This document shows positions 48,029 through 57,468 of a DNA stretch of 64,000 nucleotides, piece by piece. Location of the stretch: the NCBI GenBank assembly GCA_038244765.1, contig JBBRTC010000005.1, positions 915 through 64,914 on the forward strand. Direction: 5' to 3'. Both the position numbers and the translations under genes were made by a program. The DNA is from Candidatus Nanopelagicales bacterium (GTDB lineage Bacteria > Actinomycetota > Actinomycetes > S36-B12 > JBBRLC01). Position 1 is the first letter of the stretch, and each line of letters opens with the position of its first letter. A model generated the notes under the pieces. That model searched no databases, had not been told where the DNA came from, and worked only from the letters and a program-made list of their open reading frames with translations.

Positions 48029-49099
48029 TCAACGGGTCGCTGGCACCGGAGCTGGCGACATGGGAACGGGCACCACATGGCGTTGGGAAACCGGCAGCAA
48101 TACCCCGACTGAGTCACCGACACGAGCCGACTGAGCAGGACCAACTTCGGCAACAACCCGAATCCCGTCGCAGCGCACGGTGACGGTTCGACGCGGCCCC
48201 GCCGACTCCACCGACAACACCTCACCCACAGCATCGGCGCGGGTATCTGTTGGACTGGCAAGGAAGACAGCCTCTTGCCGGATCACCAAAACCGCACCGC
48301 CATCGGCCGCGTCCGGAACCAGGAGATGACCAATGTCACTGATGTGGACGCCAGCAGAGACGACGCCGGGAAATTCATTCACGCCGCCAAGGAACCGGCT
48401 CACCACCAGGGACGCCGGCTGTGTGTAGAGGCGATCAGGTGTGTCGTGTTGTTCCAAGTGCCCATCCACGAGCAGGGCAATGGAGTCGGCAACGCTAGTC
48501 GCTTCGGTCTGATCGTGGGTCACCATCAGAATCGTTGGCTCGATGACGGCGCGCACCTCGGCCAACAGTTGGTGCATGTCCGCGCGCAACGACGGATCGA
48601 GCGCGCTGAACGGTTCATCAAGCAGGAGTACATCGGGCTCAGCAGCGAGGGCGCGCGCCAGCGCGACGCGTTGCTCTTGACCGCCTGACAACGAGCGCAC
48701 TGAGCGATCGCCGTAGTCATCAAGCTGGACAAGCTCAAGGAACCGGGCCGCTTTCACGCGAGCATCTCGGCGCGAAACTCCGGCCATCCGTGGCGCGAAG
48801 GCGATGTTGTCCAACACCGTCAAGTGCGGGAAAAGCAGGGGGCGCTGGAACATCAAGGCGATCCCTCGCCGCTCAGGCGCGACACCGCGCAAGTCGCGCC
48901 CTCCCACGGACACAGATCCCGCTTCTGGCTCGTCGAGGCCGGCCACCAAACGCAACACTGTGGTCTTGCCCGACCCGCTCGGGCCCAATAGCGCAACCAC
49001 TTCTCCCCGCGAGGCACTTAACGTCAAGTTGTTCACGGCGGGCGGTTGATTCGACGAGTGCTGACGCCGCAATCCGACGAGTTCGAGGTACGGCATCAT
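48029..49099 (-). CDS. ABC transporter ATP-binding protein (PotA/FbpC/YnjD-like)
   Basis: Walker A GPSGSGKTT, signature LSGGQEQRVALARAL, Walker B LLLDEPFSALD, and a C-terminal TOBE-like region. Confidence 0.92.
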   Translation of the reverse strand: MMPYLELVGLRRQHSSNQPPAVNNLTLSASRGEVVALLGPSGSGKTTVLRLVAGLDEPEAGSVSVGGRDLRGVAPERRGIALMFQRPLLFPHLTVLDNIAFAPRMAGVSRRDARVKAARFLELVQLDDYGDRSVRSLSGGQEQRVALARALAAEPDVLLLDEPFSALDPSLRADMHQLLAEVRAVIEPTILMVTHDQTEATSVADSIALLVDGHLEQHDTPDRLYTQPASLVVSRFLGGVNEFPGVVSAGVHISDIGHLLVPDAADGGAVLVIRQEAVFLASPTDTRADAVGEVLSVESAGPRRTVTVRCDGIRVVAEVGPAQSARVGDSVGVLLPVSQRHVVPVPMSPAPVPATR

Positions 49100-49944
49100 C
49101 GTGACCCCACCAATTCTGCCGCTGCAACGGGGCGATCGATTTCGGCGCTATGCGTGGGCTGAGATCGTCGACGGATGGGCGTGATGGCTCCAAAGAGTAG
49201 GAGCGGGCACAGCACGCAAAGCACTGCCATGACGGCCACAACTGACTCGTTCCCCGTCCCTGTGGTAGTCGCACCGAGCAGCATCGGGAGGGTAACTATC
49301 TGCCCGCCACCGACGAGCAAGGTCACGATGTAGTCGCTCCACCCGACCAGAAAGGCCAGAAACGCAGAGACAGTCAGCGCCGGTAGTACCAGCGGAACAT
49401 GGACCCGCCAACGCACGGCCTCAGGGGATGCGCCAAGTGTGCGGGCCTCCTCCTCGTACCCGAGGTCGTGTCCGAGGTAGGCGACTCTCATGACGTACGT
49501 CGTGTACGGGATGGCCGCAACCACCAAAATGGTCATCACTCCTACCAACCCGGGAACGCGCCAACGCAGCAGCACGATGTTGAGTCCCATCACCACGGCG
49601 AAGGACGGAATGGCAATCGGCGCAAGCAAGATGACTTCCACCAGCCTGCCGGCAGGGACTCTGCCGAAGGTGAGGGCACGCGCAGCCGCCGCGCCAATCG
49701 GGGTAGCCACCAATGCGACGACCGCGGCAAGCAACAACGAGCGACCCATGGCTGATGCGACGCCCTCGGTGACGGCTTGGTGAAGTCCGTCGGTCCCGAG
49801 TTCGGTGGGTAGGACCGACGGATAGGGCCATCGATTGGCGAAAACCCACAGCAACATCGGTACGAGTGGCACCACAAACCACAGCACCAGGCCGAGTCGT
49901 CCAACTACTCCGAAGGTCGAGCGAAGCCATCGCAGCGGTCTCAT
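49096..49944 (-). CDS. ABC transporter permease
   Basis: About 6 TM helices and an EAA-like loop (EEEARTLGASP). 4-nt overlaps with both neighbouring genes. Confidence 0.88.
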   Translation of the reverse strand: MRPLRWLRSTFGVVGRLGLVLWFVVPLVPMLLWVFANRWPYPSVLPTELGTDGLHQAVTEGVASAMGRSLLLAAVVALVATPIGAAAARALTFGRVPAGRLVEVILLAPIAIPSFAVVMGLNIVLLRWRVPGLVGVMTILVVAAIPYTTYVMRVAYLGHDLGYEEEARTLGASPEAVRWRVHVPLVLPALTVSAFLAFLVGWSDYIVTLLVGGGQIVTLPMLLGATTTGTGNESVVAVMAVLCVLCPLLLFGAITPIRRRSQPTHSAEIDRPVAAAELVGSR

Positions 49945-50816
49945 CGCAACGCCCTACTTCGACGTAGCAGCATGCTGCCGATGACGACAACAACGGCTGC
50001 TATTGCTGTAGTAATCGCCGCGACGGCGCTGGCTTGAGGCCGCACGGCCAGGTCCGTCGAAGTAAAAAGCTGATAGGCCAGCACCGAGAGCGGCTGTGGG
50101 TAGGCGCGCCCTAGCAACCACGCCACTTCGTACGACCCTAGGGTGTAGACGAACGAGATCGTCCCGGTCACGATCAACGCCGGGGCGAGCAGGGGCAAAG
50201 TGAGCGAGCGCAGCCGCTGCCACGGTGACGCGCCGAGAACAGCGCCGGCTTCGTCGTATTGAGCCGCGCGGCTTCGCAAGGACGCCACGACCACAATGGC
50301 GACAAAAGCCGACTCTTTCCAGGCGTACTCCGCAATCACCGCTGCCCACGAGGGACCACCGACGAATGCGGGAAAGGTGCCGGGCGTGGATCCGGTGAGA
50401 CGAGCGAGAAGACCTGAATCGGCCAGTAACAGGCCCATCGTCGCCGCACCCACTAAGTGCGGCACGGGGACAGTGACCGCCGCGGCCGCCCCGACTGCGC
50501 GACTCCCGCGTCGACGCCGCTGAATAGCGAGGCCCGCTGCCGTGCCAATGACGAGGGCTAGTGCCGTACTGATCACAGCGATGCCCAACGAAACGACGAG
50601 AGCCGATCCGAGCTCCCCCGCCGCGTTGACTTGTCGATAGGCATCCAGTCCCGGATTCGGTCGACCTGCGAAAGGCAACAACCCGAGGCTCTGAGAAAGA
50701 ACCAACCCGAGTCCCCCGACTAAAACTGCGACTGTGGGCACGAGGGCTGGCAAAACCCACCAACCGTGACCTCCAGGTGGTCGCGGTTGGCGAAATGGAT
50801 GTGCTAGATCGGTCAT
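49941..50816 (-). CDS. ABC transporter permease
   Basis: About 6 TM helices and an EAA-like loop (YDEAGAVLGASP). ATG at 50816 forms an ATGA overlap with the substrate-binding-protein stop (the maximal ORF runs to 50867). Confidence 0.88.
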   Translation of the reverse strand: MTDLAHPFRQPRPPGGHGWWVLPALVPTVAVLVGGLGLVLSQSLGLLPFAGRPNPGLDAYRQVNAAGELGSALVVSLGIAVISTALALVIGTAAGLAIQRRRRGSRAVGAAAAVTVPVPHLVGAATMGLLLADSGLLARLTGSTPGTFPAFVGGPSWAAVIAEYAWKESAFVAIVVVASLRSRAAQYDEAGAVLGASPWQRLRSLTLPLLAPALIVTGTISFVYTLGSYEVAWLLGRAYPQPLSVLAYQLFTSTDLAVRPQASAVAAITTAIAAVVVVIGSMLLRRSRALR

Positions 50817-52069
50817 CCCGCGCCAAGAACCTCGCGCCGCCAGCCAGCGTCGAGCGGCCCGACCCAACCAGAATTCAACTCGGGGTTTGCGTTGCGAGCC
50901 AACACCTCATAGGGCGGCACGACTTTCGACGCCGGAAGCGCTTCAAACAGCGCGCGATCTGCTGGGGAGAGCAGGCTCACGTCAAGAACGGTGAACTGAC
51001 CCCAGACCTGTGGATCTGCCTTTGCGGCTTGCTGCTCCGGGGACATCGCCAAGTTTGCGACCACTTTGGCACCCGCGGAGTCGGCCGCGTTCGCGGCAAG
51101 CCCAAGGAAACTGGCATTGCCGACGGTCCCCTCATCAAGCGTAAGCACCTTCGTGGTGGCCGGTAAGGCACCCTTGTCGACGAGCGAGGTTAGGGTGGCT
51201 GGCCCATAGGTCATCGAGAAGTCGACTTGGCCACCGGCGTATAACTTGTCCAGTTCAGCTTGATCACGGGGGTAGGTCGAACCACCTCGCCACAACGAGG
51301 ATTTGAGCCCCTGCAACGTCGAGTAGAGCGCGGGAGTTAGCCGGTCGTAGTCGCTCTGACTAAATGTGCTTGGCACGTTCTCTACCCCACCAGAAGCGGA
51401 GTAGAGGGCCTCGCGAACGAACACTGAGCCGGTGAAGTCCGGGGGCGCTGGATAGGTGAAACGCCCGGGGTGTTTGCGCGCCCAGGCAAATAGTTCCGCA
51501 AAAGTCGAAGGGGGGTCACTCAATTTGGCGGAGTCATAAACCAGAGTAAATTGTGCCTTGTGCCATGGTGCCTCACATCCGCCCGTCAGAACCCCAAAGT
51601 CCTTTACTAGCAGCGGATCGGTGGGATTGAGAAAGCGCGCGTTCGGCAACGTTTGAACCCAATCGCATGCCCACGCCTTAGCTTGTTGACCGGTACTGAA
51701 GTTGTTGCCATTGACCCAGACAAGATCCACACTTCCATCCGTGCGACCCGCTTGCTGCTCGGCAAGAATCCGATTGAGTGCATCTTTGGTGTCGGTGATG
51801 GGAACTCGACGTAGCGTCACATCCAACTTTGCCGCGGCGGGCGCCAACACGTTGTCGATGTAGGCGTTGCCCTGTGGATCACCCCCGTACATCCACAAGT
51901 CCACCGTCTGTCCCTTGGCCGCTGCCAGCACTGACTCCCAATTGGAATTAGCGGTCTGGCTTGCCGCGGTGGAAGCGGGATCCGCTCCGGCGCACGCACC
52001 CAAACTCAGGATTGTCACCAGCCCTAGCGCCGGAATGCCCAACATTGGGGTTCGATTCGACCTCTCCAC
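50813..52069 (-). CDS. ABC transporter substrate-binding lipoprotein (YnjB/ThiB-like family suspected)
   Basis: Signal peptide with lipobox LSLGAC. GTG at 52069 preceded by GGGAGG (the maximal ORF runs to 52087). Periplasmic-binding-protein-like length. Confidence 0.8.
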   Translation of the reverse strand: MERSNRTPMLGIPALGLVTILSLGACAGADPASTAASQTANSNWESVLAAAKGQTVDLWMYGGDPQGNAYIDNVLAPAAAKLDVTLRRVPITDTKDALNRILAEQQAGRTDGSVDLVWVNGNNFSTGQQAKAWACDWVQTLPNARFLNPTDPLLVKDFGVLTGGCEAPWHKAQFTLVYDSAKLSDPPSTFAELFAWARKHPGRFTYPAPPDFTGSVFVREALYSASGGVENVPSTFSQSDYDRLTPALYSTLQGLKSSLWRGGSTYPRDQAELDKLYAGGQVDFSMTYGPATLTSLVDKGALPATTKVLTLDEGTVGNASFLGLAANAADSAGAKVVANLAMSPEQQAAKADPQVWGQFTVLDVSLLSPADRALFEALPASKVVPPYEVLARNANPELNSGWVGPLDAGWRREVLGAG

Positions 52070-52248
52070 GCGCGCCTCCCACTTCAACTGAATGGACCAA
52101 GCGGGAACCGCATAGCCTGGAGTTTGCTACCACAGTCGCCCTTTGCTCTTCGGAGTGATCCCGGAATCGGATCGGTAAATGCACAGGCGCCTTGCTGGCT
52201 GGTACCCCACCAGGTCGGGAATGCGCAGATGGGAGCGGTGTCCACCCA

Positions 52249-52860
52249 ATGTTTGATCAACGCAGTCGGCGAGCCCTTACGCGACCCCTCGACGGCGTGG
52301 CTGCAACTCTTGATCGACCGTGGATTTCCCCCAACGGCGTAACGGTGGTCGGGCTGTTGGTCGGTCTGGGGGCGGCTTTTGCTGCTGGGCGCGCTCTGTG
52401 GGCCGTCGCGCTGCTGCTCTGGCTCGCCCGCTGCCTGGCAGACGGTGTGGACGGTTCATTGGCACGTCGTCGAGCAACGACGACCGGGACCCTGCCATCG
52501 GCGTCAGGGGGCTATCTGGATATTTGCTGCGATTTCGCGGTTTACGGAGCGTTCGTTGTGGGCGTCGGCATCGGTGTCGGCGACCTGCTGCCCTTTATGG
52601 CGGTCCTACTGGCCTACTACCTCAATGGCTCAGCCTTCTTGGCGTTTTCGTCACTTGCTGAGAAAACGGGGCGCCAGTTGGACGACGGACGATCATTGTC
52701 GTTTCTTGGTGGACTCGCCGAAGGCACCGAGACCGTAATCGTGCACTGCATGTGGTGTGTCGTTCCGTCGTACTCCGTACCCATTGCGTGGGCTTGGGCG
52801 CTCGTGGTGGGGGTTAGCGCCGTGGGCCGCACCGTCGCGGGATTTCGCATATTGCGCTAG
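52249..52860 (+). CDS. CDP-alcohol phosphatidyltransferase-family membrane protein
   Basis: Signature DGVDGSLAR...GGYLDICCD (D-G-x2-A-R...G-x3-D-x3-D) and several TM helices. Start is either the ATG at 52249 or the TTG at 52192. Confidence 0.85.
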   Translation: MFDQRSRRALTRPLDGVAATLDRPWISPNGVTVVGLLVGLGAAFAAGRALWAVALLLWLARCLADGVDGSLARRRATTTGTLPSASGGYLDICCDFAVYGAFVVGVGIGVGDLLPFMAVLLAYYLNGSAFLAFSSLAEKTGRQLDDGRSLSFLGGLAEGTETVIVHCMWCVVPSYSVPIAWAWALVVGVSAVGRTVAGFRILR

Positions 52861-52918
52861 TGCGAACCCGCCAGCGCTGTCCGGGAATTCGGCGGACATG
52901 CCTCATTCCCGGTCTCTG

Positions 52919-54346
52919 TCAGGGTCGGCGGCGTTCAGCTCGCCGACGTTGGATCGCCCCGAGGAAACGCGTTGCATGTGCTGTGAGACCTTGCGCCAAC
53001 CGAGTCTGGGTATCGTCGATGGCAGCCTTCCACGGACCATCACCAAACGTCGGGTAAGCATGAGTCGAACTCGCGAGGTCCCGAGTTGTGAGCCCCTTAC
53101 GCACCGCAAGCGTCAACTCCGCGAGCATCTCCCCCGCACGAGGAGCCACGACTGTAGCTCCGACAATCACGCCCTTGGAATCGAGAACCAAGCGAGTGAA
53201 ACCATCCGTACGACCCTCAGCGATCGCGCGATCGACGTGCTCGTGCGACATGGTCACCACTTTCGCGGCGCCTTCGGCTGCTTCTCCGACTGCGGCCAAT
53301 TCGGGGTCGGTAAAAGTCACTCGCGGAACCGTCGCTTCCACGCCGCGGCGCAGACCTAAGACTGCATTGCTAGCGGCGAGCGCACCATTGACACCGGCGA
53401 CGTGCGTGAACTGCGGATGACCCGTGATGTCGCCCGCTGCCCAAATTCGTCGGTTCGTGGTGCGCAATCCACCGTCGACCTGAACCATGCCGCGCTTGTC
53501 TACAGCGACGCCGGCGTTGTCCAGGCCGATTCCCTTGGTCCTCGGTGTTCGTCCAACGGCCACCAGCAACTGGTCGTAATCAATCCGGCTGTTGTCTTCC
53601 AAGACAACGACTCCAGCGGCTCCTTGCGCCTCAACTTTCGTCATCTTCAATCCGCAGACAATCGTGACCCCGTCTTCCACAAGCGCCGCAGTAACGAGTG
53701 CGGCCGCTTCTTCATCCTCACGTGAGAGTAGGCGCGGCAGCCCCTCGATAATCGTCACCTGCGAACCCAGCCTCGCAAAGGCCTGGCCCAATTCACATCC
53801 AATGCTTCCACCGCCGAGCACGACAAGGTTTTGTGGCAGTTCAGTGAGGTCCCACACAGTGTCTGAAGTGAGGAACTGCGCCTCAGCAAGTCCAGGAATC
53901 GGTGGAATGGCGGGCGACGCGCCTGTCGCGAGCAGTATGGCTCGCGCGTTGATGTCCATACCGTCGAGCAACACTCGATCAATGGACTCAAACCGAATCT
54001 CGCCGGTGCGTACCGTGACGCCTTGGGTCATCAACGTTTCGGCCGAGTCGTCGGGTTCGATGCGCGAAATGACCTCGCGAACATGTGTCATTACGGCAGC
54101 AAAATCGACGCGTGGCACCTCGAAGTGAATCCCAACTCGCTCCGAGCGACGAGCATCGGCGACATGATGCGCTGCCGCGAGCAGGGTCTTGCTGGGAACG
54201 CACCCCGTCCATAGACAGTCCCCGCCCATGCGCGCGCGCTCGACCAACAGTGTTCGGGCACCCAACATCGCGGCCGTCCTGGCTCCTACGATTCCGGCGG
54301 TGCCGCCGCCGACCACGAGCAAATCCCAGATCGAGTCATCGCCCAT
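52919..54346 (-). CDS. Class I pyridine nucleotide-disulfide oxidoreductase (dihydrolipoyl dehydrogenase / mercuric reductase-like core, no NmerA)
   Basis: FAD motif VVGGGTAG, redox-active CLWTGC in GGDCLWTGCVPSK, NAD motif VLGGGSIGCE, and the C-terminal dimerisation motif HAYPT. Confidence 0.85.
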   Translation of the reverse strand: MGDDSIWDLLVVGGGTAGIVGARTAAMLGARTLLVERARMGGDCLWTGCVPSKTLLAAAHHVADARRSERVGIHFEVPRVDFAAVMTHVREVISRIEPDDSAETLMTQGVTVRTGEIRFESIDRVLLDGMDINARAILLATGASPAIPPIPGLAEAQFLTSDTVWDLTELPQNLVVLGGGSIGCELGQAFARLGSQVTIIEGLPRLLSREDEEAAALVTAALVEDGVTIVCGLKMTKVEAQGAAGVVVLEDNSRIDYDQLLVAVGRTPRTKGIGLDNAGVAVDKRGMVQVDGGLRTTNRRIWAAGDITGHPQFTHVAGVNGALAASNAVLGLRRGVEATVPRVTFTDPELAAVGEAAEGAAKVVTMSHEHVDRAIAEGRTDGFTRLVLDSKGVIVGATVVAPRAGEMLAELTLAVRKGLTTRDLASSTHAYPTFGDGPWKAAIDDTQTRLAQGLTAHATRFLGAIQRRRAERRRP

Positions 54347-54374
54347 TGGCGTTGCCCTTCAGAGTGAGGTCAAG

Positions 54375-55634
54375 TTAGACGGTGAGCGCGTTCGAGATCG
54401 CGTCGAAGGCGTAGAGCGTCGAGAAGAGCTTGTCGGGGTCCTGCGGCGTCGGCCAGCTCGACACCTTGGCCGCCACCACCTGGGCACGCCGGTTCACATA
54501 GATCATCTGTCCGTGGATCCCGAGGCAGAGCCCGACATCGGGGTCGGCGGACGGGAACCAGATCTGGTTGCGGTACATCCCCCCGGGCATCAACGTCTGC
54601 CCAGGGCTGTCCGCGAAAGCCTTGCGGGAATCCACGCCGCCGTCAAAGGTGTCGGCGATCCACGACTCAGGGATCACCTGGGCGCCGGTGAGGGACGCCC
54701 CCTCTGCGAGGAACAGCGCACCAAAGCGCACCAGGTCGCGCAGCGACGCACTAATGCCGCCGTCGAACATCCCGGTGCCCACCGAGTCAATACCGATGTT
54801 CGCGTCGTGCTCCGCCCCGAGACGGCTCCAGAGCAAGTCGGACATGAGCTCGGGCATGCGAACTCCGGACGCGGCCTCGCAGATCCAGCCGAGCACGTCG
54901 GTCTCGCATGAGCGGTACTCGAACGGGCCGCCGTGCGGACCCTTCTGCTCGAGGGTGAGCAAGTAGTCGTACATGGTCGCCGGTACGTCGGGGCTACGCC
55001 GCGGCGCCCAGTCGATGGCCTCCTCGAGGACGCGTACGTGGGCGTTCGGGTCGAGGTAATCCTCGGAGAACAGGATGCCCGAGCGCATGTCGAGCAGGTG
55101 CCGGACGGTGGCGCCGGCATACCCGGAGGACATGAGCGCCGGCACATACGTCGTCAGCGGCGCCTCGACGTCGAGCTGGCCGGACGCCACTAGTGCACCG
55201 ACCACGGCCGAGACGAGCGACTTGCTCACGGACATAAGCAGGTGCAGTGAGCCCGCCGCCATGTCCCCCGTGTACGCCTCGGCCAGCACCACGCCGTGGT
55301 GGGCGAGAATCCAGCCGTCGGTGTCCGAGGCCGCCATGATCTCCGAGACCGTGCGCCGGTCATTGCCGTCGGAGCGGCCGTACCCGCGAAGGTGAGGCAC
55401 TTGCACGTCGCCGATCGAGGCCGGGGCCGAATGGAGTCTCGCGACCGGACCGGTCCCGCGCGAGATCGTCGCAGTCGGCAGAATCTCGGCGATGTGCTGG
55501 AACGACCACCGCAGGTGCTCTGCAAGCTGCCAATTGCCACGCGCCACATCGGTCGGCACCCGGCCGGGGTCGCTCCCGATCACCACACGCTCCTCGTCCC
55601 GGGTTCCGGCACCCCCCGTGCCGGGACCGAGCAT
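54375..55634 (-). CDS. Serine hydrolase, beta-lactamase/transpeptidase-like fold
   Basis: SxxK motif SVSKS within LLMSVSKSLVSAVVG. 419 aa. Confidence 0.75.
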   Translation of the reverse strand: MLGPGTGGAGTRDEERVVIGSDPGRVPTDVARGNWQLAEHLRWSFQHIAEILPTATISRGTGPVARLHSAPASIGDVQVPHLRGYGRSDGNDRRTVSEIMAASDTDGWILAHHGVVLAEAYTGDMAAGSLHLLMSVSKSLVSAVVGALVASGQLDVEAPLTTYVPALMSSGYAGATVRHLLDMRSGILFSEDYLDPNAHVRVLEEAIDWAPRRSPDVPATMYDYLLTLEQKGPHGGPFEYRSCETDVLGWICEAASGVRMPELMSDLLWSRLGAEHDANIGIDSVGTGMFDGGISASLRDLVRFGALFLAEGASLTGAQVIPESWIADTFDGGVDSRKAFADSPGQTLMPGGMYRNQIWFPSADPDVGLCLGIHGQMIYVNRRAQVVAAKVSSWPTPQDPDKLFSTLYAFDAISNALTV

Positions 55635-55670
55635 CGCACAGACCCCGCACCGTCCTGGATCAAGCCGAGG

Positions 55671-57233
55671 TCAGACCGTCTTCGCAGTGTGGGCCACGGG
55701 CACCGGGTCGTTGAGCGGGATCCCGGTGTACTCCGCACGGATCGAGTCGATGAAGTGCCGAGCCCGGATGGTCAGGGCCGTCGCGCCCGAGGCTGTGTCG
55801 ACTTGCAGCCGTCCCTTCGTCACCAGGACACCGAGGTCCGCGCCCTTCCACCGGTGGTCGCCGACACCGTAGATGCGCAGGAAGAACGCCTCCTGGTCGT
55901 TCTGCAGCTGGTGCCAGTCCAGGGCTGCGCGGCGGAAGACCAGAGCACCGCCGCTGTCGAGGGCGTACTGCCCGGTTCGGGCCGTGGTCTCGAGAAGCTG
56001 GACGCCAGGGGCCGTCTCCTTGATGATCATCTGGCTCCACATGTCGTCGGCCGCCAGTTCCTCCCACCGCTTGTTGATCTCGTCGACGTCCAGGTCGAAG
56101 TCGACGTCCATGAACTCCAACAGGTGGAACAAGAAGAGCGGCACGTCGGCGTACGCGCCAGCGGTGACGTTGGTGATCGCGGAAGCGCCACTAATGCGCG
56201 GGTTGAGCTCGCCGAGGTAGACCTCGTGGGTGTCGGTGTCCACGAGTACGTCGACCTCGAGGAACCCGCGGTAGCCCTCCTTCGCCAGCCGGCCGCCAAG
56301 CCGGCTCACGAGCCGTGCGGCCATCTCGCGCTCCTGGCCGGTGAGCACGTCTTTGAACATCTCGTTGCCGCACCAGCCGCCGCGGTACGGAGTCAGCTTG
56401 GAGTAGCCGGTGAGCTCGGACATGAACGGTCCGACGACGGTGCCGCACCGCGTTATCACAGCCTCTACCGCGACCGGGCGATTGTTGATCCGCGTCATCA
56501 CCTTGACGTCCTGGCCGGCGATCTCCTTGCTGTGCTTGTCCCAATCGGCCTCCGAGTTGATGAAGAACGTGGTCTTCCCCGAGTCGCCGTACGGCGTCTG
56601 AACCACGAGGTCGTCACCCAGCTTGGCCTTCTTCGACGCGGCAATCAGGCCCGGCCAGTCCTCGACGTTGGTGAGAACGTTCGGGACGCTCGGCACTTTC
56701 GCTTCGTTGCCGAGACGGGTGGTCACGAGTTTGCAGTCCAGGCGCTCGCGCAGGCTCGCCGGCGGCAAGATCAGGTCGTAGCCGAGCTCCGCGCAGATCG
56801 CCTCCGTCTCCTCGTTGAAGAACACCATCGCAACCTTCGGCCGTACGCCGGGCGCGAGTCCTCGGCCCATGAAGGTCCTCACCTCGGGGTTGTTCAACAG
56901 CCAATTGTTGATGTCCTCGCCGCTGGTGAACTCGACGTACGGCTTGTGCTTCGGGGAGAACACTCGCGGATGGGCACCGTCCCAGCCGTCGTAGTAGGCG
57001 ACGTACCAGAGGTTACGTACCCACCGGTCGAGGCCGAGAAGATTAAACGGAGTCGCACCCAGGAAGTAGATCGGGACGTCGTTCGTGCGGAAGAAGTTCC
57101 GTACCTCGGAGATGTTCTTGAGCGTCCGCCCGCGGGTGCCCGGGAACGCGCCAGGCGCCGACACAGCATCGGTCCCCATGCTGGTCTCGGCCGGCGCGAC
57201 AGCAGCCGATGTAACCGGCGTCTCCTGACTCAT
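55671..57233 (-). CDS. ATP-grasp-fold ligase with large N-terminal pre-ATP-grasp extension (520 aa)
   Basis: ATP-grasp-like central and C-terminal core (LVVQTPYGDSGKTTFF...GFLEVDVLVDTDTHEVYLGELNPRISG). ATG at 57233 preceded by GGAGG. The maximal ORF start at 57446 is unlikely. Confidence 0.7.
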   Translation of the reverse strand: MSQETPVTSAAVAPAETSMGTDAVSAPGAFPGTRGRTLKNISEVRNFFRTNDVPIYFLGATPFNLLGLDRWVRNLWYVAYYDGWDGAHPRVFSPKHKPYVEFTSGEDINNWLLNNPEVRTFMGRGLAPGVRPKVAMVFFNEETEAICAELGYDLILPPASLRERLDCKLVTTRLGNEAKVPSVPNVLTNVEDWPGLIAASKKAKLGDDLVVQTPYGDSGKTTFFINSEADWDKHSKEIAGQDVKVMTRINNRPVAVEAVITRCGTVVGPFMSELTGYSKLTPYRGGWCGNEMFKDVLTGQEREMAARLVSRLGGRLAKEGYRGFLEVDVLVDTDTHEVYLGELNPRISGASAITNVTAGAYADVPLFLFHLLEFMDVDFDLDVDEINKRWEELAADDMWSQMIIKETAPGVQLLETTARTGQYALDSGGALVFRRAALDWHQLQNDQEAFFLRIYGVGDHRWKGADLGVLVTKGRLQVDTASGATALTIRARHFIDSIRAEYTGIPLNDPVPVAHTAKTV

Positions 57234-57468
57234 GAAACCTCCGCTGTCGATGACCCATCGAGGCACGTGACCAAGCAGACGCACGTGGGACCCGCGATCT
57301 GCCGGTTCCTGGCGATCATGCCCCGTCCGGTGTATTGCCGCCATCGGTTCCGCTCCCTGGCGTTCAACATCTCGGCGGATCCCCATTTGACCAAGACCCC
57401 GCTTGCCAGCACAGCCGCTATTCAGGGCGGGCGAACCAACGCACAATTCACGTCAATCTCGACGTGAC

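Noticed and set aside
52070-52191. Possible riboswitch (for example TPP) upstream of the ABC binding-protein gene
   Set aside because: No CTGAGA / pyrimidine-sensor-like TPP motifs, or other riboswitch cores I recognise, on the minus strand. The region is short and mostly promoter-like.
55296-57467. 723-aa uninterrupted plus-strand ORF
   Set aside because: It lies antisense to the ATP-grasp and serine hydrolase genes. The translation is Arg/Val/His/Gly-rich with no recognisable motifs, whereas the minus-strand genes have clear family signatures and ribosome-binding sites. This is a typical shadow ORF of high-GC DNA.
57448-57467. 7-bp hairpin TCACGTC-N6-GACGTGA right after the sigma factor stop, considered as a terminator isolating the ATP-grasp operon
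   Set aside because: The stem is too short and weak to call a terminator with any confidence. It overlaps the near-match ECF42-like -35 element, so its role is ambiguous. It is mentioned under the operon finding rather than listed as a feature.
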